Positions 41,269-59,660 of a DNA stretch of 64,000 nt are shown in pieces. Every line of letters begins with the position of its first letter. The first letter of the stretch is position 1. The position numbers were made by a program, and so were the translations under genes. Source of the stretch: Trichoplax adhaerens (Eukaryota > Animalia > Placozoa); assembly GCF_000150275.1 (NCBI RefSeq), contig NW_002060951.1, positions 2,724,580 to 2,788,579 on the forward strand, given 5' to 3'. The notes beneath the pieces were generated by a model. That model did no database searches and was not told where the DNA came from. It was given only the letters and a program-made list of their open reading frames with translations.

Positions 41269-41748
41269 CAACACATGTTGCGTAACGAAGATAATTCCAT
41301 AACTACTACAAGTACATCTTTCTCGAAATTTTTAGAGACAGGACCATAATCAAGAAGGAAGTTACTAAACTACTATGTTGAATAATAAAGCGACAAATAT
41401 GATGGCATGTATTTTAGATCTTCTGTCATGTCATACATATTAAATGATATGTAATAATGTTGCTATTTGACGTATGTAGCTTACATAAAAGATACTGTAT
41501 ATTGTATACGTGTACGTGTATGTGATACTCGATAACGACACACTAAATCTTTCAACGAGGAGTGCCAGAATTTTGACCTTGATTTCTTCAAAATTTTAAA
41601 TGAAGCGAAAACCGCATTAAAAATAGCGGATCCATTTTCAATTGCTGGCAATTATTTTATTTTATCATAAACTACCTTCTATTCTGTAACAGTACCTTAT
41701 CTTATAAAGGAGATATATTTAATCATTGGTATTAATAAAAAGAAACGG

Positions 41749-43111
41749 CTAATTCTTTCGGAGTTTATTTATAAGAGTAGCCTGATAGTAAAAGCCATCG
41801 CCAAGAGTCGCTTGCTGTCGTCGTTAGTAGCAATGTAAAATACATGGTAAGTCCCATATCAATTCCATTTACGTAAATAATTATAATTTAAAAGGGTACA
41901 AGACTTAGATATTTGATCATAGATATTTAATATCGCAAAATCAATCGCTAATTAGCCAGACAAACTTTATTAATTCTTTGATGTTGTTCTTTAGAAACGA
42001 TTTCTTCAAGGATCTCACCACTGCCTTTGATTAACCTGAAAGATTAACTGATTAAATAAATTTATTTATGAAATCATATCGGTGCTACTACAGTGAATGC
42101 GTATCAAAAATAAACGAATACAAACTAGCCTGAATAAGTTGAGTTTGATATAAAATTTAGTATACTGACACAGCTTGAAGTACGGATGATATAAAATGAT
42201 GAATGTCATTTCAAGAAATTGGCGAAAATGTACTGACAAATGATCACTAGACGGAGAAGGGTGCTAAATGCATACGTCATACACACAGCAGTATCTAGAT
42301 ACTGTACATATTTACAGTAATTCGCGTAAAATTTAAGCGTAGTTAACAAGCTTGTCTTGTAGTTCGACTTTCGAATTACTAACTGACATTTCCAGTATTT
42401 CACCGTACTCCGGTACTGTAGCTAAACTGTGCTAGTAATCATATTGATATGTATAACTAGAATATAACCACATAAACTAGATATGGTGAAGATCGGAATG
42501 TATTTTCGAAAAATGTTGTTTACTGTTAATAATGTGTAATTTACCTATTTCTGCCGGTTTCTGGATCATAAACTCTTCTTATGACGCTTTGTTGCTTGTC
42601 CCATTCTTCTTTCGTCATAGGTGCAAAATTTTTCTGTTGTTCAACAGGTCCTAAGATAATCAGTACACGATTAAAAATGATACCACATCATGCACTCAGA
42701 TCCAATAAAACGTCTAATCTAGAACTGTTTCTTTAGTAAATCGAGGTGAATTACTGTACTGTATTATAATTTTTTTATTTTATAATGATTATTATTACTT
42801 TGCAGCTAATACATCATACTGTACTCATAAGATAATAAAATCATAACTGTGCTATGCAAACCCGTCGAAGCATCCTTCTGGGAAGTCTTCGCTGCTGCGT
42901 CGTCGGCGTCCTGTGAATTTTTGTATTTTTTATCCTTTCTTTTTTCTTTCTTAGCAGACTTTTTATCCTTCTTGTTTTTTTTCGATTTTTTCTTTGAATG
43001 TTTCTTTTTTTCGTGGCTATCTTCCGATGAATGCTTTCTTTTGTTTTTATTCAAACATTGACCATCATTCTTCGGATTTAACACAAACTTATGATATCCT
43101 TTGTCACTCAT
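41749..43111 (-). CDS. ARL6IP4: ARL6-interacting protein 4 (SR-25 splicing-related), 4 exons
   Basis: Lys-rich N-terminus, then [27 protein letters not shown]|[23 protein letters not shown]|QATLGDG, the conserved SR-25 C-terminus. Confidence 0.93.
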
Positions 43112-43327
43112 GATTATTGGAATTCGGTCTTCGATTTATGCGTATTATACTCGTATAATTATAACCATATCTATTGGTCTAATCGTAATTTAGTTATTCA
43201 ATGATGAATGATGATATGGATAACTACCGCACAAAGTGCGGATGGATCTAGTAGAGATATAAAAAATTATTTTAAACTATCTCTACTAGCATAATATCGT
43301 CGACGATCAAGAACCACAATGTGTGAC

Positions 43328-43700
43328 ATACAGTACAGTATACAGTATAGTATAGTACTGTACAGTATACTGTGCATGATATGAAGTACAGTACTGTACT
43401 GTACTGTACAAAGCCTACTGTACATTGTACTGTACAGTACCGTATGAAGAAGGAAAGCTACAGTACAGTATTGCACTCATACCGCACAGTACAATGTACG
43501 GTGTACTACAGTACAGTACGGTACTCCATGATGCACTTCAGACTACTGTACAGTACAGTATAGTACTGTATACTGTACAGTTCGTACAGTAATGTACAGT
43601 ACTGTACAGTACAGTACTTTGACTCACTTGAAACCATTATGGTAAAACACTACAGTACTATACTGTACGTACTGTGCTGTACTGTACGTACTGTAAGTAA
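43328..43700. repeat. (CAGTA)n/(TACTG)n array 4, between divergent ARL6IP4 and S6K
   Basis: Dense cagta/tactg pentamers with tactgtacagta palindromes, about 220 bp from the ARL6IP4 ATG and 155 bp from the S6K ATG. Confidence 0.92.
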
Positions 43701-43853
43701 TCTAACATTAGGAATTTTAATCGAACTCAAATCCTTTCTGGTGGTTCTTAACCATCTGCATCTTACTCGTTTTACTCGTAAATCACTCGTTATTCATAGT
43801 CTTTATCAATTTTAGATTATATCCTAGGCGTAGGTTTATCAATATTCGAAGCT

Positions 43854-49610
<5,757 letters not shown>

Positions 49611-52470
49611 CCGTATTTGTGAAATTGGAAATTACGATGTTAAATTTACAATTAGAAGAAACATTTCTTTGCTGTGTTTATTTACTGTTTTATAGTTGCA
49701 CTGTGCTTGAGCGACAATCTCATTACTGTACCAGTTTCAGCTATTCTGATGTTTAACCAGGAATGACATTACTTAATAGCTTGGTATAAAATGATTCAGG
49801 AATTACTATATTGATTTTTAGGAGTACATTTACTCCGTGAATATATGTAACGATCTTACTACATCGTTATTAAACGAAAACACATTTATTAAGACACCAA
49901 AAATTAGACAGCTCACTTGTAATATGATCTACAAGTATTGTCTTGCACAATTTAAAATTTCTACTGGCTTACACTCACCTTAATGTTTATTATATACAGG
50001 TAAAGGGATGCAGTACATTGTGCTGTCAATACTATTTTATTATCGATGTTAAATAGTTTTATTAAAAATTGCTCATATGTTCTAAAATTCTGTTGGTTTC
50101 AACTTCTATTGAAAATTCAGTATTAAAAGATCATGCCATTATTTGAAATTTAGCATACGTTGTGTCTAATTTCTGTACATACAATCATGGACTACTAGAA
50201 GTAGAAGTAGTCCATGGTATAGTACATACGAGTACATGTGAACGTTGATGACTTCAAAGCCTTAGAAGATATATATTCTTATCTCTGAAATTTCATAACA
50301 GTCATCACTTCTTCATCATGCTTTGAAGTCAACTTGTTTTAATCTGTTTTATTTAAGTTAAGGATAATTGTAATAACAGCAAACACGACTGTTAACAATA
50401 GTGAATAGTTGTAAACTAGAAATAATTCGATATTGAATTCGCTGTAACTTACTCGCAAGAATAGCGAAACTTAATAATGGAAAAGAAAATACGAATATGC
50501 TTGTTTTGGGGCTCAAACAATTATCGATTTTAACACTTTAGCTAAAACACAACAAACTACATTCCTTGGATATTTGCGATTCCTACTTACAATGATGTAT
50601 CTACGCGAAAAGAAAAGATTATAGCCTTCTCCAAATATAATGTCAGATATATTAGATCATTTTGACTAAATGCATTAAGTAAGATTGGTGTAACAATTAA
50701 CCTGTTATAAGTACTTCTTGATCTAACATATTTGTACCTTCATTCATTCTGTTCTACATTCTATTCCATGCACAACATCTGTAGGCATACTCATGGACTA
50801 TTAGTATTCCACGATCCTGTGAACTGGAAACTATCCAGTACACAACATACATTTACTAAACGTAGGAAAGATTACTGTCGAAAAAGGTAACGCTATTACA
50901 CTGCAAGTATCCTAAGCTGTAGTACCGAGACATATTAATGTACAATAGGGAAAGTAGTTTACGGCGATACAGTCTTTTAGATCAAGTGGTGCACCCCTTT
51001 TGTATCTCATGATTGTACTTGAGTTCTTTAAATTACATGCAACTACCTTAGCAGTAACTTTATAACGTAAACTTAACATAGAAATAAGAACTTGACGTCT
51101 CGAAGGAACTATATGTACTGTAATACTACAGAAATCTCTATTTTACTAGACATCGGGCCAGTAACTTCTAAATGGCCGCATTTCTTATGTTACTATATAC
51201 ATCCACACATTTGCCATTTCTAATAATTAAATAATCAAATCATCACGGCTAACTTATGCTCTAAGCGTACAGAATTACGCTGCAAATTAACATTTCTTGT
51301 TCGATATTCCAAACACAGTAAAACGGGCCCTAATATATTACTGTAAATTAATGCTATTGTAAGATACATAAACTGGCAAACGTAGTACCATATCAAGTTT
51401 ATTCCTTAATAACATACTCATAACGGAATTTCGTACGTGTGTAACGGCCAATGTCGGAAATGTAGTCAGCTGGCTGTTCCATATGCTTTGTATCAATATA
51501 CACGTAGGGTAGCTACTTAACACATAGGGTATCATGCTCAGAATAAAACGCAGGTATTTCAGGGTTAGCTGTATCAATGACTTCAATAATAAATTTTAGT
51601 TTAAAAAATATTAATCATAGTTCGTAAGTGTATAGCTTTAACATCCCTTCAAAAATTTTAACTTTCAGTTTAAATGTTTAGAGCGAATAATCAAATGATT
51701 ATCTTAGCTTCAATTACATAATTTTATATATATTATATACTAAAACAGGATATATGTCCATATAACGGGTTCTAAAATATAGTTCTATCGGCCGTTTTTA
51801 AAATATAAAGTAGCCCAGATCCTACATAAAATGTGGATAAGTATTGTATTGTTATGTCTTTCTTTAAATATAAAGTTAAGAATCATAGACAACATCAAGT
51901 TAATTCAACACTGAAGGAAACCACAACAGGATGGTTAAAGTAGTAAATTGGTAACTAAAGCAGTATTTTTCTTATCTAATATAATCTCATACACAATTGC
52001 ATGCGTTTTCTTCATTGCAATGATAATTATGACATTAACATATTTGATTAAGCGTAGCCACACACAGCAGAAGAAATTTTGATTATTTTCGTGGTTTATT
52101 AACTTGTTTTACAGGTAACAGGCTTCTCCATGGATAAATTTTTTTACGAAAATAGAATTACAGAAAAACTTTAACATCTAAGCATCACTCATTATCTGAA
52201 ATATAAAATCTAAATACGATGACAACCCTCTAGTATGCTAACTAGAATAATAATGAGCTATACTTATAAGTAAAGATAATATCTAGTTGAATAATAGTGT
52301 GTTTCATAATATATAAAATAAGCGATCTAAATGAGAGGGAAGCAAAAGAATATAAGAAGTTCTATTAAATTCTTCTTGATTTGAAATTCTTTCGGGTTTA
52401 ATTTAATATTTACAATGCAAGCTGTTTATAGCATTGTGTAAGCAATACACTCTTGGGCTTCATTGTCTTG

Positions 52471-52484
52471 GCTGTCATGGAAAC
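52471..52484 (+). promoter_or_regulatory. Putative RFX X-box upstream of the NIT-guanylyl cyclase
   Basis: GCTGTCATGGAAAC resembles the X-box GTTNCCATGGNAAC. It lies about 80 bp before a strong donor (cag|gtaagg, 52567) that may close a 5'UTR exon. Confidence 0.3.
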
Positions 52485-53825
52485 AATCATAGATTAATTT
52501 AGTCTTAAATTTCAAATTTCACCCGACAACAACGTTGCAGAGATTTCATATTTTAAGCATAGCCAGGTAAGGTGTAATTGTGTTCCTACATGTGAAGCCT
52601 TATTGATATCATTCTTTTTTCATTAGATATATTGAAATAGCAGTATAATCAGGATTTGCATTTCTTACCGCATGCTTATTTAGGAAATGGCGATGATAGA
52701 ATAGCGCATCAGCGAATTTTTAACACGCAATAGCTGCTATTAACTACTGTGGTTCTCTGTAAACATTATATGTATATATAATTCCAGATATTAATCTACT
52801 GATATAAAAGATGAAATTTCAAAAAGCGATATGTAAAGAATAGAAAAGAGGTATTGTTACCTTTACATTTATCTATGAAAAGCAAAAATCTACAACAATA
52901 TCCATTCAATACTTGAACTAACTACATTTACAACGTTATTAGAACAACTTTCGTCTTAGAAGTTATAGATACGAGGTAAATTCAAATCTATACCAAATTT
53001 GTAGCTTATGTGTAGACAGTTCTAATAGTAATATGGTCAAAAATGCGGTAATAGTTGGGTTGAGATTCATAAAACCCAATTTTTATACCAACGTGTGAAA
53101 TTCATTTAAGAAATATAGAGAATACTTATACATACGAGTTAAAAAAAATTTAGCCGCTAATAATTTCAGTTCTATTCGTTTGGGTCTAAGATAAAAAAGT
53201 TCCACGCAATAAGTTAGCCTTTATTTCATTATTAGCTTCAAAGCCAATCGGATATCTTCCTCTTCATATTTAAACGACTTACTGGCGTATGAAATAAGAG
53301 TGGCTTGCCATGCTACTAAAATCATACAAATCTTTTGCTCGCATATACTATAGATTGATCAGGAAAACTTTGGTATTATAGCTTTTAAGATACAGGCCTG
53401 TCTTGCTTGGATTATTTCTTTGTTTAAACCAATATAAAAACTATTTATAGTTACGTAATATTTAAAGCATAACTGTCTCAAGGGAACTGTAGACTATAAT
53501 GGATTTATATTGAGAATGTCTTTCTAAATTAAATTGCAAACTATACAATGATTAGTTGGTTAGATTTTTAAAGTATCTACTGCGGTATCCTTCCATTGCC
53601 ACATGAATAAATACACGCTAATTTATTAGAATGACAAGTATGCTATTATTCCTGCGTCATTTTTAGGTCTTTATTAGTCTACAAATACTTTGAATATCAC
53701 TACATAACAATTAAATGATTCCTTATAACACTGTTTAAGTTAATGTTATCGTTTTCACATTATATAATCTATGTTATTGAATTTTTAAATCTTTATCTGG
53801 CCTTTCGATCACGTTTACCTGAAGA

Positions 53826-56237
53826 ATGACGAATCACTTAACCTCTAAAGATCTTAAATTTGAGGGGACTAACAGCTTAGCGACAATGAGTACAACAACA
53901 CTAGATGAAATTCCTTTCAAGTATACCACAAAATCGATTTCTTTCTTTCGTGATGATACAACGACGACGCGAGGACGGCATTATCAGTTGATGAAAATTA
54001 TGATTTTGATATTGCTGCCTTGTATTGGATTGTTTGTGGAAAGTTGTATTACCTTTGTCAATGCTATTCAAAATAGCCAAGCGTACGAAGAAATACAAGA
54101 AGTTATCAGTCTATCTTCAGCTTATACAACACTAGTTCATCAATTACAATTAGAGCGTAGCCAAAGCGTCTATTATGTCGCAAGCAATTATAGTTACATT
54201 AATTTGCGTTCACTAATCGCTAGTCAACGCACAACGAACAAAACTTTAAGACTTAAATTAAGCGAATATCCACAAACTATTAATTTAACATTTGGTAATC
54301 AAGTTAGATTACTTCAGCATTTGCAAAAACATCGCGACACCGTAATCCGGTTAAAAAATTCTGATCCGAATCAAGAATTGCTCTTTTATAGTAACATTAT
54401 TAATACTTTACTAACTTGGGTTAATTATAATTTCAAAAAGTCATCTCACTTCAACATTTGGCAACATTCAGTTGCTTATCATTCGTTGCTTTTAGGCAAA
54501 GAACAAGTTGCTTATTTTACTTCCTTTGCCAGCCTGTATTACGTCCAATTCTCATTTAATACACGAGGGCGTGATCAATTGATTCAACTACGTAGCAGTG
54601 CTGAAGCACATTTTCGAAATGCGTTCTATTATTCATCGAAAGCATCAAAATTTTTTTCACAAAATATATCTACGTCGTATCAGCAAAGTTACATGGACTA
54701 TAACTTGACCGTTATTTATAAAAATCAACTTCGTATTTTGTCTATACAAGGTGGCTATACTTGGTTATCAATTACAAATACTTATCTACAGTTACTCGAA
54801 ACTATGAACAGCCTGGTTGTTGATCAAATTAATTCTATTGCTATACGCTTAGATCGCGATTCTCATGTTGATATTATCTTGTCATCAACATTATTAGTAG
54901 TTGTCTTCATTGCTTGTCCAATTTTAATTGGCATTATGTACAAATTATTACGTAATATCCAACTATTAGCTATTCATTTATCCAAGCAGACCCAACAATT
55001 GCAAGATGAACGCGCGAGAGCAAATCAATTACTTTACCAAATGCTACCGAAATTTGTCGCCAATCAGCTAAAACAAGGCTATAATGTATCAGCTGAAACA
55101 TTTGAAGATGTTACTATTTATTTCAGTGATATTGTTGGATTCACTGTTATCTGTCATCGTATAACAGCTTTACAAGTTGTTCAAATGCTAAATATATTAT
55201 ACGAAATATTTGATAGTAAAGTAGACAAGTATGATGCATATAAAATCGAAACTGTCGGCGATGCGTACATGGTTGCTTCTGGTCTGCCAAGGCGAATACC
55301 AAATCGTCGTCATGCTAGAGAAATTGCCGACTTAGCTCTTGATTTACAAAGTGAAATCCAAGGGATTAAAATATCGACTATGCCAGATCAATTAATAAGA
55401 TTGAGAGCCGGAATTCATACGGGTTGGAATTAAGTACTATATATGAATATTACGCAATATGCCCGACAACATATTGTGATTATCAAAACTAACGAATAGT
55501 TTCATTAGATAGTAATAGTTTAATATATCACAACAATGCTATGTATTAACACGGATTTTGTTTTATTCACGTTGCTATTATCAGTACAGCCATACAATAA
55601 TTTAACCAGAATCAAGAGATATTTCAATAGTAATCCAAATGTTCTAACTTATCTCGTTAATTTTTTAACTAGGTCCTTGTGCAGCTGGCGTAGTCGGTAA
55701 TAAAACGCCTCGATATTGCCTTTTTGGAGACACTGTTAACATTGCCTCAAGAATGGAATCTCACGGACAAGGTAGCTGAGGCCAATTATCATGCTGGATT
55801 TCCGATATTTCGTAATAACGCTTGTGCAATGTACAGTACATTTATACAAGAGTTACGTATAAGTGCTCAATTGCTGTAATTCTTCCACAATTAGATCATG
55901 AAATTTTGTAATAGTTTATCGATAATAAGTTCAATAGTTAATTTAATCAAATTGTATTGATTTATCTAGCTGCGAAGATTCACGTTAGTAAAAATTGTAA
56001 GACAGCATTAGATCATATTGGTGGATATATTCTGAATAGCAGAGGTCATGTGACAGTCAAGGTACTATGGAATTATGAAAACGTTTAAAATTTAAAATAT
56101 TAAATATCATCAGCTGAGAACCTTTATGCTATTATATAACTATGCCATCGTCAATTTTTTAGGGAATAGGAGTTATGAAGACATTTTGGCTAGAAGATAA
56201 AGCTGTAAAGGCTTCTTTAAGTGAAAGCACCGTGTAA
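53826..56237 (+). CDS. NIT-domain transmembrane guanylyl cyclase (TM-NIT-TM-coiled coil-GC, no kinase-homology domain); exons 53826-55422, 55673-55771, 55970-56061, 56163-56237
   Basis: NIT motif LVHQLQLER between two TM helices; S-helix [18 protein letters not shown]; catalytic domain [34 protein letters not shown]|[26 protein letters not shown]. The Glu and Cys residues specify GTP. Confidence 0.93.
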
Positions 56238-58259
56238 ATTGTTTTGTGTTTATTGTTCAGGCTAAATTGATTGCGATTAGCCGATGCAGTACGGTATTCT
56301 ACCGTATTAATATACTAATAATATTATTGCTGAATACCTTCAGCGTACGAAGATAATACGTTATCCTGGTAAGATTTTCTCCATGTGAACATTTTCATAG
56401 GCACTTATTAAACTTTGATTACTTGCTTTAATTTGCTTAAAGATTTAAAGAAACTTGCATAAATTGTAAAATCTTTGGCTTGTATGTAATAGTAATGTCA
56501 CTTTGCCTCGCATATCTTCCAGTATAGCGAAAACTGTCTTAGGCTAACCCAATTCCTTAACATTATTTTCAGTTAGATAGCTACAGCGCTGCATAGTATA
56601 GTACATCAAATAGCACTACGCTCTGATCAAATATGAGTGTCAATGCTACAGTAATGTCAAGATGTAAGCGTAGATCTTTCGCATCGCTACAGTAGCTAGT
56701 CCTTTAAACAGCTATTAAAACTTTCCCGGATAGAGTTCATATTCATACACGCTTTATCTTAATACAAATGTAACCGAGATCGAGTGATACGTCAGTTTTA
56801 TCTTATAGTTCTTATAGAATCTTGTAAATCTTTTTATCCCTCAATCATACGGCTAAAAGAAAGTAGAATACAGCTAATCATAAATTGCGTAATCAAGTTA
56901 CTTTCGATTTTATGTTCCCGTATAAAGGATCCACTACAAATATCCAGACTTCTGTCACTAATTGTTCACTAGTTACCGTTCAATAAACTTCCAAGATTAA
57001 TTATGTAAGCGTTAATAAAGTTACAACCTTACAAAATAATATCGCGAAATAATTCAGCGATACTAACCAAAATTTATAAATTTACGACCGTTTACTAGTG
57101 AATCTGCCATAATTAATGGCTCTTGGAACGTGATCTATCATCTAGTCGACTTTTATCAGCTGTTCGTATAGTGACTCATCACAATCAAAACCAATAGCAT
57201 GAAATAATTACAATAAAGTTTTTGGAAAGATACAAATTAAATATTAGTACTATATTTATCATCTATGCATGCCTCCTATAACTTCAGACATACATGGCTA
57301 TAATAGAGCGCATCTTAAGCTGGAGAATAGCACAGATACTTTGCTAATCAATTTAAAGTTTAAATGCTGACGCTAGGTTAATTAGAAGGATTATCATTGT
57401 CGTGTATAAGAATGCAAAATACTATTATAACCATTTCAGTCATAACCAGAGTGAGATACGAATTTTAAGCGCGAAATATAGCGAGCGAAGGACATACTAG
57501 TAAGTAATTGATATCCTATTATTATAGAAACTAATCATAACAGTCTAACGGTAATCTGTAAAATTCGTATACGTTTTACTTTAACTGTTCTACCTTTTTG
57601 CAAAATGAATATGCAGTATTATTGGTCCTTCAATGTATAGTAATAAGTGCATGGTTTTAATATTAAGATCTGAGTTCTAACGAATTGTAGACGGCGGCTT
57701 TAAATTTAGAACACGTAATATTATAGTGAGTATGCTACGAAAATGTAGTCCATTAATCGTAAACTAGTAGTGTTGCACTACTATACGCACTGTAGCATTA
57801 TATGAATTCATTACGCAAATATATGTAAATCGAGTCGAAATGAGAAGATATTTACTATATGCACTACGGTATAATTTGACAATAAGACTTTTAAACAGCA
57901 AAATCGGTAGGGATAAACTTTCCTTTCTGACCCTATCATACATTCAAATTCGATGACTGTGATGATGTGCATGCTATACATGGTCAGATAAATGAACTAC
58001 TGGTACGGAGATTAATTAATAACCATCACTTACAAGAGATTATAAGTTCGAATTTTATAGCAGTATAATAAGCCTTCGAGTATGTATAATATTATATAAA
58101 TAAACCAAAGTTAATTGTTATATCATTTGGCCTACAACTATATGACTAGTAATGCACGAAATTCAGACTGTAGTCAATAATGGTCAGCAATAAGGTTAGC
58201 GTTGTTATGGTGTGGTACATGCTCAGTGAATCAGATCTGATCACTGCAAAACTTAGCTA

Positions 58260-59660
58260 GGTGACTGATATCACTCACTACAAAACCAGTTATTACGAAT
58301 TTAAGCTGATTATTTCAATTTTAATTCCGTGTATCGGTTTATTCACGCAATCCATATTTACAGTTATTACATCAATTCAAAATATTCGTGATACGGATAA
58401 TATTGAAAACATTATCACCTTTTAGTATTGGTTGTTCTAATCTAGTTCATAGTCTTCAAATTGAGTGCGGTATATCAACATTATAAGTTAGCTCGAATTT
58501 TAGTCATTGAGTACTCGATCTGTTAAATCAAAATCGCAATAATACAGTTACTTATCCAGTGTTACTGTGTTTCTTTCTTAACGATACATCATCATTTGAT
58601 CATTTAACGGCTGTGCGACAATATTTATCCGCTCATCGTCAAGAAATTGATAATCAAGAGGTAACTTCCAGTGAAGTTATTAAATTTTATACGGAAATGA
58701 TGTTAATAATAATAATAATGCACGCGAAGAAATTGGACGTATCAAACACTATGAATTATGGAAAAATTCAGTCAGCTTTTAATTATTGATATCGCCTGAA
58801 GAAGAAACTGGCGTTGAGCATCCCTTAATGCCGATACTCACACATCATAGACTCGTATACAGTACAAAGGAATACTCGCAGTGAAATATTTCTTAATACC
58901 AGTTTTATATATTCTGAAATTCGACAGGTCTATCATACAATCAATTTTATCAAAACACCGTTAATGAAAGCTATTACTAAATAAAGACATGAAATTATAC
59001 ATAATATTCACCATCAACCGTCGGTAACTACTAGAACAATTTAGTTCAACAATTTGTTATATGGCAACTTATATTACGGAATGATACAACATTAATGCGA
59101 GAGTTAACCGAAGTATTATCACTAAATCGGATGAATAGAAAGCCATTGCTCACGAGAATCTAACCTTAGTTGTTTATTATTGACCATTATATGTTTAGCT
59201 TATCCATTGCTACTATTTTTACTTTATCGCTTAATGAGTTACATGCAAATTTAGCTAAAAGTTTATCATAGTGGACTGATCAATTAAATCAGGAACGTCT
59301 ACGTGCCGATAATTTGTTACACCAGATGATGAAATGTTCTGTTGCTGATCAATTAAAAACCCTCCCTCAGTTCCAGCTGAATCGTTCGATGATGTTACCG
59401 TTTACATTAGTGATATAGTACACCAATTCAAGTAGTTCACATGTATACTCAACTCCATTTGCGGATCTTTGATAATAAAATTAACGAATCAACGCTTATA
59501 AAATGAAAACTGTGGGGACACTTATATAATTGTATCTGGTTTGCCTAACAAACGGCTTGCAGTAGAAATTGCTAATTTCTCATCTGAAGTGCAAGTTGGA
59601 TTACATGATATTCGCGTGTCACATATGCAAAATTCTTCCATTCAATTCAGAATACAATGA
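58260..59660 (+). pseudogene. Decayed NIT-guanylyl cyclase paralog
   Basis: KLIISILIPCIGLFTQS (intact gene: [17 protein letters not shown]), frameshift, LVHSLQIECGISTL*VSSNFSH*, SEVIKFYTEM, QLNQERLRADNLLHQMM...VADQLK, frameshift, VPAESFDDVTVYISDIV, AYKMKTVG, frameshift, YIIVSGLP. Multiple stops and frameshifts; no 3' catalytic exons found. Confidence 0.85.

Noticed and set aside
7193-43563. ORFs rich in YCTV/STVL/QYST (7193-7748, 22476-22775, 32236-32664, 43267-43563)
   Set aside because: They are translations of the stop-free CAGTA/TACTG pentamer arrays, not proteins.
52415-52502. Laminin-EGF-like peptide CKQYTLGLHCLGC
   Set aside because: Isolated short frame with an incomplete Cys pattern and no partner exons.
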